A stretch of DNA of 64,000 nt. Origin: Phyllobates terribilis (taxonomy: Eukaryota). The stretch spans positions 65,906,001 to 65,970,000 of the forward strand of contig NW_027362772.1 of NCBI RefSeq assembly GCF_046119375.1. The letters run 5' to 3'. The notes under the pieces are model-generated. The model saw nothing but the letters and a program-made list of their open reading frames with translations, did not search any database and was not told the origin of the DNA. The position numbers and the translations under genes were made by a program. Shown here piece after piece: positions 50,248-62,929 of the stretch; the stretch's first letter is position 1; every line of letters begins with the position of its first letter.

Positions 50248-50939
50248 CTTGATAGAGGAACCAAAAACAGAAAACAGTCATAAACTTAGCGCGGAGTCGG
50301 CATCACAGACATATTGCACTTTTCTTCACGTTTCCTGATATCAATTATTCTAAAGCAGCCGGCGTACTTCTATAGTCATCTCATACAGATAGGGCGTCTT
50401 AAAGTGGTTGTCTACACATCAGCGGTTGTCCTGGAGCCCAGCAGATGCACTTCCTACTTGGGTTTGACATAGGACAGATTTTCCAGTGTCGGCACATGGC
50501 CATTGAGATGGGAAAAAATAGCTGTGTGAAGGGGGCTAGCCGACTGGCTCATTTCAATGTCAAATCCCTTTTCTGCCATAGGCAGATGTTTGAATTCAAT
50601 TAATCGGTTTCCAATCGTTACACGCATCCATGATCATGTGCCGGCACAAGATTCCAAGCCAGAAATGGAGCTGCAAGGACATCGGGACGTCTTTCTTAAT
50701 TCTAGTATATTAGTAAGTTGTATATATTTCAATTCTAAACATATATGAAGAATGTTTTTATATACCTGAAAAACTCCTTTAATACAAGTCTGTGAAGCAT
50801 TGAGAGGCAATAACCACCTAATTATACTGTACGTGGCTACTGGACTCTAACATGGAAGTGACATAGACTGCAAGATATGCAAAGTGGGAACATCTCAGAC
50901 ATAAGCTAAATTCTGCAAAAAGATAAAAAAGGCATGAAA

Positions 50940-51965
50940 TAGGAAGGAAGGAAGGAAGAAAGAAAGAAGGAAGAAGAAGGAAGAAAAGAAAAAGAAAAAA
51001 GGAAGAAAGAAAGAACAAGAGNNNNNNNNNNNNNNNNNNNNNNNNNNNNNNNNNNNNNNNNNNNNNNNNNNNNNNNNNNNNNNNNNNNNNNNNNNNNNNN
51101 NNNNNNNNNNNNNNNNNNNNNNNNNNNNNNNNNNNNNNNNNNNNNNNNNNNNNNNAAAGAAAGAGTGAATGAANNNNNNNNNNNNNNNNNNNNNNNNNNN
51201 NNNNNNNNNNNNNNNNNNNNNNNNNNNNNNNNNNNNNNNNNNNNNNNNNNNNNNNNNNNNNNNNNNNNNNNNNNNNNNNNNNNNNNNNNNNNNNNNNNNN
51301 NNNNNNNNNNNNNNNNNNNNNNNNNNNNNNNNNNNNNNNNNNNNNNNNNNNNNNNNNNNNNNNNNNNNNNNNNNNNNNNNNNNNNNNNNNNNNNNNNNNN
51401 NNNNNNNNNNNNNNNNNNNNNNNNNNNNNNNNNNNNNNNNNNNNNNNNNNNNNNNNNNNNNNNNNNNNNNNNNNNNNNNNNNNNNNNNNNNNNNNNNNNN
51501 NNNNNNNNNNNNNNNNNNNNNNNNNNNNNNNNNNNNNNNNNNNNNNNNNNNNNNNNNNNNNNNTATAAAGAAGGAAAGAAAGGGAAAAAGGAANNNNNNN
51601 NNNNNNNNNNNNNNNNNNNNNNNNNNNNNNNNNNNNNNNNNNNNNNNNNNNNNNNNNNNNNNNNNNNNNNNNNNNNNNNNNNNNNNNNNNNNNNNNNNNN
51701 NNNNNNNNNNNNNNNNNNNNNNNNNNNNNNNNNNAAGATTGAGAGAAAAAGTAAAGATAGAAAGAGAGAAGGAGAAAGGAAGGATGAAAGAACAAAAAAA
51801 GAAATGGAAATGAAAGAAAGAAAAAGAAGAAAGAGAAAGAACAGAAGAAAGTAAAAAAGAAAGAAAATGAGAGATGGAGAAAGAAAAAAAAGAAAACGGC
51901 AGAGAGAGATGAAGAACGGATGAAACAAAGAAAGAAAGATAGAAAAAAAGAAGAGAGATAGATAG
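50940..51965. repeat. Purine-rich (AAGG/AAAG) simple repeat with three N runs (~51022-51736)
   Basis: Directly visible; the X-rich ORFs here are artefacts. Confidence 0.9.
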
Positions 51966-53769
51966 CAAACATCCTTCAATAAAACATAGATATTTATTCC
52001 ATGCCCAAGGACTATGACGTTTTGGCTCAGTGTTAGAGCTGATGTGCCGCACACCTTGGGCATGGAATAAATATCTTTCTACATTTTATTGAAGGACGTG
52101 CTGCCTCCAATTTTTCTACTTGCACTTTGGGATCTGATTGCCTGCGGATCTGGAGGTTTGCACCCGCATTGGTGGATTGATGCAGCTTTGTTGTTTTCTT
52201 TTTACAAGATAGATATTCAAAAGTGGATAGCATCGTTATAAACCTTTTCTGGTAAATGCTCATAAATGGTTAATCAGTTGTTTAATGGAAAAAGGTTAAA
52301 AATGTATTTTTGGCAGAATGACAAAAAAAACTAATTAGGTCCTTTTAATTGTCCTCTGGACACAGCGTCCTGGATATTTTTAAAGGCAATTTGCTTTATC
52401 TTATGTAAATATGGTATACAGTGAAGTATACGAGCAGATGGCTTTCTGCGCTTTACTACCCGGACAGGACAGAGCGCAGTTCCATCAGCAGCAGTGAATT
52501 ATAGGCCATAAAACTGGGTAAATTGTTTGTCTTCTCATAAAACTCACACAAGACAGCTGAAAGGGTTTTTCCTAATTCAGGCAGAGTTTATTATAAGTGT
52601 CGGAGTCTCAACTTTTCAAATAGGACTGCACCTATTGGAAAAATGATGGTCTAAGGTGGTCTACAAAGTGGTGTATGCATGGAGGGGTGGTTGTGAATGT
52701 TCACCTCTCTCCATTGAATTATATGCTATGGTAGATACAGAAGCGGCTGAGCAAGGTCACTTTGGATATGTCAAAGTTGGAAAAACCCTTTAAAATTACA
52801 GGGAAGTTTTGAAGCAGAAGTCATTACATCTACAGAAAACACATTTCAGGTAAAGTCAAGACCTTACAGAAGACCACTGATCAAGTGGTACCATCGTATC
52901 CCTGATGTGAAGACTACATATAACTGTTGGCTGAATGGTTATATGGCGAAAAGCTATCACCCTTGATGTCCTAATATCAAATATATGGTCAGCATTGGCA
53001 AGGAGGAAAACAGAGAATCAGCCAAAAACCCAACTTGTCCAATTTTTGTATAGATGGCTGGAAAATATGACCTAGATGGAGGGTCTTCTGAAAGACGTGT
53101 TCTTTTAGAGAGGTTCTCTATAAAAACTACATGAAAAAAAGTATTTTCTTTGAAAGAGAAAAGCAGGGTATAAAATTAGGTTATTTGACCAATATCAATT
53201 CCACACATGTTGACCACCTCCAGTAGACCATTTTTGACCACCAACATCTATGATAAATAAGTAATCCAGTAGATAGAGAATGGTGTTTCCTTGGTTAATC
53301 CAAATGCCCGAAAGTACTTAAGAAAATATTTAGTCTCTTAAAGTAACATGTAGTAGGTTCCTACTTACCTAAAGTAGCAAAAAATAAAGTCATGAAGGTG
53401 CAAACTTGATTGAGATTCATCGTTGGTTGGGAAATGATGTTCTAGTGTAAGGAGCGTCACAGCATCCCAGGTTTTATACGGCAACTACATCTAAAATGTT
53501 TAATAATTAACTCGACAGCCCGGCTGTATTCACTTTTTCCTGTGATAAGCTCCTCGACTATTGCAACTCACTAATACAACATCTATCAGAAACTGCTTAT
53601 TACACAAGTTGACCAATCATGATGTCATTGGAATCATATGCCATTTTGCTGTCATTAAAGATATTTTAATTTACGCAAGTCAATTATTTTCCAAGTGAAT
53701 TTATCTGACTCTATTGGAATTCAATTAATTATAAAATGTGAAAACATTTTTTTTAAAAAATATTTAAAT

Positions 53770-53945
53770 TTGCGAGTCCTCAGTGGTTGATACTTTTTAA
53801 TGGCTAACTGAAAAGATGGTAACAAATTGCAAGCTTTCGAGACTATGCAGGTCTCTTCATAAGGCTAAAATCAACTAGCCTGATGAAGAGATTTGCGTAG
53901 TCTCGAAAGCTTGCAATTTGTTACCATATTTTACTGGCTAACACG
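53770..53945. mobile_element. Penelope-like inverted terminal remnant with two minimal hammerhead motifs
   Basis: 52-bp inverted arms 53816-53867 and 53876-53927; plus arm CTGATGA-A-GAGAT TTGCGTA GTCTC-GAAAGCTT. Confidence 0.65.
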
Positions 53946-54638
53946 GTACAAGAATATATATTTTCCCTATATCAAAACATTTTTTGGAATTTCAAAAATT
54001 AAAAAAACATTAAACAACATTATTTTTTGCAACTCATTTAATCATTTGCCTTAAGGTCTAAAATATATATAATTTAATTAAATTAGAGCTGGGTATCATG
54101 GCTTATCGAAACAGTAATCTCAGCTAAAATAATGTAAAACTAGTCTAACACACCTGGCTGAGATATAACTAACAAAGTTTAAGTAGGGCTACTTAACAAT
54201 AAGTAGAAACTCAGGATTTATATTTAATAGTAAGCCTATTTATTAAAAAAAAACTTTTTTCCCATGGTTTTTCTCACTAATCATGATGTTTGATTGTATC
54301 GAGGTCTCTTGTAGATATCTTAACTCATGCCTGTGACATGCATGCAGCTGCACAGGGAACAGTCTTGCATTCTCTCTTGGGCTTTACTCGTAAATCTACT
54401 AATTTCCAGGATCAACCTCAAAGTTTGGATTGATCTATATAATTATCGTCTCTAAGTAATGTGATTTATCCAGAACTGTGATCTAGCCTACGTTATTCCT
54501 GGGTAAAGAATGTAGTTGTTAAAATGTGGATGAGGGTGGTAATGCATTGGCCAAGATAATCAGAAACTCATAATATATCATAAAAGAAGGGACTTTTCTG
54601 CAACCCAATCATTCCACAGGGGGACCTCTGGACTTTAA

Positions 54639-55029
54639 AGGGATGGTCCGGGACTTTAACATTGATGGCCTATCCTTACGACAGGTCATCAATGTACTGT
54701 ATATTTGGTTGAGGTGTGACACCTGGCACCCCCACTGATCAGCTGTTCCTGGTGTCGGCAGCGGCCAAAACTGCTCAGTTACAGAGCTGTATAGCCCAAC
54801 TCCATCAATAGAATAATGGCCACGGCCAAGTACTTCACATCTACCCACTATTGATCTGAACAGGGGGCAGATGTGCAGTACCCAGCCAATGTCATTATAC
54901 AGTTCTGTCCAAAACCCGACATCGAGAATAGTTGATTGGCAGGGCTACTGGGTTTTACACCCCCACCGATCAGACTCTGATGACCTATCCTAAGGATCAG
55001 CCATCAATGTTAAATGCCTGACAAATCTT
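54639..55029. mobile_element. T2/Kolobok-type MITE
   Basis: TTAA flanks; inverted arms TTAACATTGATGGCCTATCC / GGATCAGCCATCAATGTTAA. Confidence 0.6.
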
Positions 55030-55639
55030 TTAAAATTTGTATAACACAACAACCTGATGACCCAAAGAAAAAATCAATTTTCAGTTTATCAGCCAATTTG
55101 TATTAATTTTGTATCTACTTCTGACCCCACGCTGTCCTCATAAGACCTGCATCTTTAATAAGTTTTCTGTGATTTAACTTGAAGAAGTGATTCCAAGCTC
55201 CTTTTGTAAAGTGCCCACAAGGACCCATCTTGTGTCCTCTCCCTCGGCTAAGTCGCTTTCATTAGTTAGGGCTACTACCAAGCCCGGCATCAGCATGCGC
55301 CGCACCTGGGCAAGTGCCAGGGCTCTGAGAAGGCGGGGGGGCCAACTCGCCGTCGGGCTATGGGACCCCGGAAAGCAGTGCCAGCGTCCGCCCTCCCCCC
55401 CGCTTGCTCAGGGCCCGGCAGCCGGCACAATACTTACCTCTCCCTGTGCCTCCGCAGCAGGTCCGGTCTCTTCCGCGGCTGCTGCACTGTGACATCTCAG
55501 GTCAAAGGGCACGGTGGCGTCTTTCCACCGCGCCCTCTCCTGAGCAGTCACAGCGTAGAGTGGGAAGACGGCGGCGACGATGAAGAGTCTAGAGCAAGTG
55601 AGAAGGGAGGTGAGTATTTGATTTTTTTTTATGTATGGA

Positions 55640-56095
55640 GGCATGGGGCATTATGTGGGGGGGGGGGCAAGTGACATCCTGCATGGGGCATTATGTGGGG
55701 AGGGAACAGCCTCCATGGGATATTATGTGGGGGGGAAACAGCCTGCATGGGGTATTATGTGGGGGGCACAGCCTGCATGGGGCATTATGTGGAGACATAG
55801 ACTGCAGGGGGCGTTATATGGGGGCCAGTATTCTGTATGGAGCTTTATATGGGGGCCAGTATCCTGTATGGAGCATTATATGGGGGCCAGTATCCTGTAA
55901 GGAGCGTTTTATGGGGGCAACTATTCTGTATGGAGCGTTATATGGGGTCCATTATTCTGTATGGTGCAATATATGGGGCCCATAATACTGTTCGAAGGAC
56001 TATGTGGGGTCCATTATACTGTATGGAGGACTATGTGGGGGTCATTATTCTATATGGAGCAATATGTGGGGCCCATAATACTGTATGGAGGACTA
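55640..56095. repeat. ~30-bp minisatellite (TATGTGGGGCCCATTATACTGTATGGAGGAC-like) inside a MITE-like element (~55265-56322)
   Basis: Degenerate tandem units related to the 62930 array. Confidence 0.75.
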
Positions 56096-56933
56096 TACTG
56101 TCCGGTCTGCACTGTGCGCTGCGAGGATTCGCCGGTTTCTGAGCTATTGTAGAATTTAATATAGATATTGCTCATGTAGTGTAAGAAGTTAAATCTTTGG
56201 CATTGTACTATATATATATATTTCTCTGCGGTATCTGTGCGTCATGAATCATGGTATGTGTTAAAGGGACCCACTGAGACTCTTTCACCCGGGGCTCACA
56301 GAAACCTGGAGATGGCCCTTACTACTACTCCTTTGGATTCAACTGGGCTACACATGCAGTGTAGTTTACCATGCACACCCACTTAATTTTGCCCAATTTA
56401 TCAAATTCCCTCTCTCTACCAAACACCAAAACAGTGAACAACATCATGGTGTCTTCCATCCTGGAATTGCCAAGATATACGACATACTAGCACCAACAAG
56501 GTAACTGAATTGTGTCCTCCTCCTAGTCATCTTGGAGACTGCCATGGCTCTAAAAGGAAGAGAACCACCACCTTGAAAATACACTGTGCACAAGAATAAC
56601 AATCGAACGTGTTATACACACTCAATTACATAACACAACTGTCACATCTTCTTCATCTGCATCTGGTCCAGCGACATCTACTTCAGTCACCAGGTGCTAC
56701 GATATTCACTCTGCGGGTAACACTTTTGATAGAAGAGGCCTTATAGCCAGTATCTCTGAACTGTGCATATGCTGTTCAGCTAGGTTTTAGTTTAGCTGAG
56801 TCTACCGGTTCTACTCAGCCAGGGTAATGGGTGTGTGTGTTGTCCAGCAGCCTAGAAGGTGTAATAAGCTGCGCCAGTGGGACAATACCACACCCTACTT
56901 AAACTCCAAGCATTTTGCTGATGTTGCTATATA

Positions 56934-58580
56934 CAGTCATATGAAAAAGTTTGGGCACCCCTATTAATCTTAAGCTTAATGTTTTATAAAAATTGGTGTT
57001 TTTGCAACAGCTATTTCAGTTTGATATATGTAATAACTGTTGGATACAGTAATGTTTCTGCCTTGAAATGAGGTTTATTGTACTAATAGAAAATGTGCAA
57101 TCTGCATTCAAACTAAATTTGACAGGTGCATAAGTATGGGCACCTCACCAGAAAAGTGACATTAATATTTAGTAGATCCTCCTTTTGCAAAAATAACAGC
57201 CTCTAGTCACTTCCTGTAGCTTTTAATGAGTTCCTGGATCCTGGATGAAGGTATTTTTGACCATTCCTCTTTACAAAACAATTCCAGTTCAGTTAAGTTT
57301 GATGGTCGCCGAGCATGGACAGCCTCTTCAAATGATCCCACAGATGTTCAATGATATTCAGGTCTGGGTACTGGGATGGCCATTCCAGAACATTGTAATT
57401 GTTCCTCTGCATGAATGCCTGAGTAGATTTGGAGCGGTGTTTTGGATCATTGTCTTGCTGAAAGATCCATCCACTGCGTAACTTCAACTTTATCACTGAT
57501 TCTTGAACACTATTGCCAAGAATCTGCTGATACTGAGTGGAATCCATGCGTCCCTCAACTTTAACAAGATTCCCAGTGCCGGCATTGACCACACAGCCCC
57601 AAAGCATGATGGAACCTCCACCAAATTTTACTGTGGGTAGCAAGTGTTTTTCTTGGAATGCTGTGTTTTTTTGCCACCATGCATAACGCCTTTTTGTATG
57701 ACCAAACAACTCAATCTTGGTTTCATCAGTCCACAGGACCTTCTTCCAAAAAGAAATAGGCTTCTTCAAATGTGCTTTTGCATACCTCAGCCGACTCTGT
57801 TTGTGCGTACTTGCAGAAACGGCTTCTTTCGCATCACTCTCCCATACAGCTTCTCCTTGTGCAAAGTGCGTTGTATAGTTGACCGATGCACAGTGACACC
57901 ATCTGCAGCAAGTTGATGCTGCAGCTCTCTGGAGGTGGTCTGAGGATTGTCCTTGACTGATCTCACCATTCTTCTTCTCTGCTTTCTGATGTTTTTCTTG
58001 TCCTGACACTTCTGGCCTTAACAAGAACTGTCCCTATGTTCTTCCATTTCCTTACTATGTTCCTCACAGTGGAAACTGACAGGTTAAATCTCTGAGACAG
58101 CTTTTTGTATCCTTCCCCTGAACAACTATGTTGAATAATCTTTGTTTTCAGATCATTTGACAGTTGTTTTGAGGAGCCCATGATGCCACTCTTCAGAGGA
58201 GATTCAAACAGGAGAACAACTTGCAAGTGGCCACTTTAAGTAGCTTTTGTCATGATTGCATACACCTGGCTATAAAGTTCAAAGCTCAATGAGGTTACAA
58301 AACCAAAAAAAGTGCTTTAGTAAGTCAGTAAAAAGTAGGCAGGAGTATTTAAAACAAGAAAATGATAAGGGTGCCCATACTTATGCACCGGTCAAATTTT
58401 GTTTGAATGCAGATTGCACATTTTCTGTTAGCACAATAAACCTCATTTCAAGGCAGAAACATTACTGTGTCCAACAGTTATTACATATATCAAACTGAAA
58501 TAGCTGCTGCAAAAACACCAATTTTTATAAAACATTAAGCTTAAGATTAATAGGGGTGCCCAAACTTTTTCATATGACTG
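56934..58580 (-). mobile_element. Full-length young Tc1-like transposon
   Basis: TA|CAGTCATATGAAAAAGTTTGGGCACCCC ... revcomp|TA; ~215-bp near-perfect TIRs; 1647 bp. Confidence 0.95.
57162..58171 (-). pseudogene. Tc1 transposase with at least two frameshifts
   Basis: MGSSKQLSNDLK..., VLWTDETKIELFG, FQQDNDPKH, WPSQYPDLNIIEHLW; shifts near 57970 and 57325. Confidence 0.9.
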
Positions 58581-60296
58581 TACGTATTGTGCTTGGAAAT
58601 TACATGGATCTTGGTGTTTTGCTTGTATTCTGAATCCTGATATAGATTCGGTTTGTGCCCTGACTTCTTCATATTCTGTAATTGTCCTCTATCCTGAAAG
58701 AGGCCTGTTTGACAACATTCTGACTGACTACATGGTATCTAACCCAGACTATTAATCAGATTTTGGCTTTGGTTTTCTGATTCTCGCCTTGTTTTGTCAC
58801 TCCAATTACTGATCTTTCTAGCTAGACTACTGTTGCCTCCAGCTTGCTCCTCCGGCCAGCAGTCACTCTGTGAAAGCTAACCAGGGGACCATGTTGAAGT
58901 CCAAATCCCTGTATAAAGCAAAAATGGTGATGGAGACATTTACTCTCGGATATCCCAGTCTGAGTGACTAATGCCAAGTCAGTCCCTTTGGAGGTAATGG
59001 CCTCTGACAGACTTTACACTAATATTAAAAAATATGTTTGTAATGTTGGTGGGTAGTGATCCTCCAGGCTTACCCTGGAGGGGCATGACTAAGCAACTAC
59101 CTGGTGTTCACTGAAGCCTTTGGTGGTGAGGTTAGGCTTGGGGGCAGGTAGTCGCCAGGTGCCACTTAAGGGCAGCACCTGAGGCTGCGGCAGCTGACCG
59201 AAGTGTCATAGGCTCATGTACGTGGTAAGGTGGTGCAAGACAGATGTGAAGTCATATGGTCCGAGGTCGGGGCAGGCAGCACAGGATCAGAAAACGTAAC
59301 CGAGGTCAGAAGGAGAAATTTCATGCAGGACGGCTAAACAGGCCAGGTCCTAAATGGTAAGCTGGATACAGATGGTTGCATGCACAAAGACTGACAAAGC
59401 AGAAACCATGTTCGAGCAAGGAATGGTGGGTGGAGATGCCTAAAATAGGCCCTACTGGCAGAAGATAGGCCGGGGAACCAAATCTCTGCAGGACACAGCA
59501 GGGTTAAATTCCCGCATAGACCAGCTACGTCCCCTAGGGCCAGATGGATTCACATGCAGCAGCTACACAAAGTAGCACCTGAAGAAACCAATTCAGCCAC
59601 ATGGCTTGCCATGAGGAGACACCACACAGTGAGGAGGGGGGGCGATAAGTGTACACGCTAGTTGCCGCCATGACAATGTTTTATTAAAAAAAATAACAAC
59701 TGAATTGAGAGGAATCTCCTCCATATCATACATAATAACTAGAGCTAATGCCAGCACACCACAATTAAAATGGTGGATAGAAGCCAGATTATTTGGTCTA
59801 AAAAGCAAGTCATACATAATATAAGAGGAAGTAGAAGAACATTATTATATGTCGGAGAAACTAGGAGGTGGCGGGCATGATTTCATATATCCACTGGAGT
59901 TTTCGTTGACGGCAATTCCAACTCTCTTATGCCCCGGATGTGTCCTTCATAGAGCCAGTTGGTTCAATGCAACTTGAATTCAGTGTTCTAGAAATATATA
60001 TTTATTGAAATATTTAAAATATATTTTATAGAATTAAACTTTATGAAATTCAAAGGTCCAAAAATGTACAATTTGATTTGCATAAATTGAAAAAAAAAAT
60101 ACCTGCCATCATTTTACAAGTTACAGAAGATTTTATCAGCCACAGAAGGTTTAGATGACCTCAGGCATGGCTGCATGGGCTTCTCCATAATGCCTTGCAT
60201 CTATTACATTGTATAGTGCAGCCAATCAGGATGGACTATCATAGCCTGTTCAAAAGCCTTGGTAGGGAATGCAGCAGTCATCTTAAGAGTTAAAGG

Positions 60297-60722
60297 GCTT
60301 GTTAAAGGGTTGATAATGACTTGTAGGATTGCTACTTCCAATAGGTGGCACTAGAATTCTAGTCCTCTTCCTCTCCGAAGAGACAATTTGCATATTTAAC
60401 TTCCCAGAGGAGCATGCAAGGCGTTTATCCACGTACTGGCATGCCAGACCTGGCATGCCACTGTCCATAAGGAGAAACCTTACCTCTTAGGTCCCAGTCT
60501 TAGCATCTCACCCAGCCAAATCAGATCTCATACTTTGTACTGACGATCGGCAATACCCCGAAACAGCGTGTCTACAAATTGAGATTCTGATTTGGATTTT
60601 ATCCTAAGTCATATTTCAAAGCTTGTTAAAGGGTTGGTAATGACTTGTAGGGTTGCTACTTCCAATAGGTAGCACTTGAGTTCAAGTCCTCTTCTTCTCT
60701 GAAGAGACAATTTGCATATTCA
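60297..60722 (+). mobile_element. Retrozyme-like insertion, ~1.3 units (period 324)
   Basis: GCTTGTTAAAGGGTT at 60297 and 60621; homologous to the reverse complement of 13489-14258; possible TTAAGAGT flank duplication (60283, 60724). Confidence 0.82.
60515..60596 (+). ncRNA. Type I hammerhead motif, copy 3 (stem II damaged)
   Basis: UCAGAUCUCA-UAC-UUUGUA-CUGACGA-UCGG CAAUA CCCC-GAA-ACA GCG UGU-C-UACAAA-U-UGAGA-U-UCUGA; predicted cut after 60572. Confidence 0.8.
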
Positions 60723-62929
60723 TTTAAGAGTGTTACAAGCTATGGAGAAGACCTTAGAGCTCACAACTCAGCAATAGAAATAAGAAGAGAAAGCCCTTAA
60801 ACATTAGACAAGTACTCCAGACAGTAATGTGTTATGCAACTTCAGAAGTGAATTAGATGAGAGAAATAATCTGGGAATAGTATAGAAATTCAATTGATAG
60901 GGGAAGTGAGAAAGAAAGCAGAAGTTTCAGCAGCAGCTGTGCCAGACTCAGTGGGATTGATTAGTGACATGGTCGAGCTGGCATCTGTCCTGCTGCACTT
61001 CAATTACAATTGCACATTTTTTCTTCATTCTTAATGCACTAGAAATCAGAAACAAGATAGCACAATAGTTTAAAAAAAATCTGAAATTAGTATCAGAGAC
61101 AGACTTCATGCTTGTTACAATTGACTGTACTGAGTTTTTCTTATTTCTTGAGCAATCATTGTTTTGAAGAGAAATAATTGATTCTTTTAAATACAAAAAA
61201 AAAATTCCCCACAATCCAAACCCTTTAATTGTGACTGTCTATCTCAAAAAGTGCGCATGGCACCAACAATATTCTTTGTGCATTGATTTTACTAGTCATA
61301 TTTTACATCAAAATAGTGCCCTGTTGCAGATGTTACTTTTTAGATGTGTACTTATCTAGCATTTCTTCATATGTCATTTTTGGTCAAGGGGTTGAATTTT
61401 GTTAAAGAAAAAACAATTGGAAAAAAAAGTAGACATTAACTGTGCATTTCCATTTTCGCACTCCTGTTTTATTAATCCATATTTACAACAATACATGTTA
61501 CATCTATAGTGCGGCCTGCTGCCACATGTTGCATTCTGTATGTTTACCTACCTACAATTTCTTGTTGTGTCATTTTTGGCAAAGGTTGAAAAATTGGGAT
61601 TGAAAAGATAGTCAAAAGTTAATAATAGTGTTGTAAAAAATGTATGGTAAAAGAAAAAGTGGTAATGGTATGGTAGTGAAAATAAAGCCCCATACCATGG
61701 TAAGAATGTGGTAGCCGCTAGCAGCAGAAGCGCCACCATCATTGGCACCAGCCATCCAATCAGTGGTATTACTGAATGCACAGTTAGCTTCCTTTTCCTT
61801 TGACAAGTGTATTAGTGTGGAGGAAGTTATGGAATATAAGGCACATCACTAGTCTCAGTCACAGCAGTTTGATGTTACCTCTGACAGTGACACCGTCTGT
61901 TTAAGTCAATGTTCTGCAAAAGAATGGTCGGTCTAATCACACATGACTAAAAGGGATAATTTTTGGACCAGTTTTTAATTTTAATTGACATGAAAAGTTG
62001 GTCAATGTTCTGTGTTATTAAATCGAGTGTTGGTTACAACCGGATTACCATCTGTTTCTATGGTGAGGACACTTTGACATTACTAAGGCTTAGTTTGTAT
62101 TAAAAAGCTTGAAAGGGGTTGGATACAGATGTAGGAAAATTCAGAGTGTCACACACCTCTTTTCAAGACAATTGGAAGCATTGAACTAGATCGATTTGTT
62201 GCAAATCAAATTTTTGAAAAATATTGTTGAACCCTGGGAAATTTGAGTTTCAAAACATTTGAGCATTTCTAGCCCTTTAGAACATGTGTTGTGCAGAGAC
62301 ACACTACACAGATAATATTAGACATAGCTTCCCTTTGTGTAAAAAGTATGATAAATATAATTAAAAAACCAGCAATTATCTTTTAAAATACTTAAAACAC
62401 TATTTTTTTCATCAAAAATAATATAAAAAGCTGATACATTTCCTTTACATTGTTCCAATACTTTCAGACAACTTTTCATAGTTAATGTGATAAAGAGAAA
62501 ATCTGTCTATCACATTTAAAAATTATTTTATCTTACCCCCCCAAAAAAAATCACTCTATGACCCCCACTAGGTGTGTCTCCTCTGTATAATGTGCTTTCT
62601 ACTGTCTGTTGTCAAGCAAAATTGTCCATTTCCTGTTCTCAAGTGTAGTTTCACTGAAGCAAACTACAGGAAGTGGGAGAAAGTCTTAGGCTCCTTAAAG
62701 AAAGTGGGGGAGCGTCTTTGTCTCTCTACAGGAAGTGGATCTTTGTCTCCTTAAAGGAAGTGGAGGAGGGTCTGTGTCTCTCTACAGGAAGTGGATCTTT
62801 CTTTCCTTATTGGTGGTGGGGACGAGCCTTTATCTCTCTATAGCATATATGTCAAACTCTGGCCCATGTGCCAAATCTGGTCTGCGGGGTGGTTATTTAG
62901 ATGTGGCCCGTGACACCAGAATCGCCACC

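Noticed and set aside
50290-50330. Minus-strand CDADS resembling the a-exon CDAES motif
   Set aside because: Stop five codons later and no other Ig residues or splice sites
50818-52063. ~385-aa ORFs
   Set aside because: Artefacts of N runs and the purine tract
52801-52849. Possible 48-nt plus-strand exon GSFEAEVITSTENTFQ
   Set aside because: Weak acceptor, no partner exons, no recognisable family
55431-55620. TACTTACC and GGTGAGTA splice-like motifs in a GC-rich stretch
   Set aside because: Symmetric motifs inside a MITE-like element, not linked to coding exons
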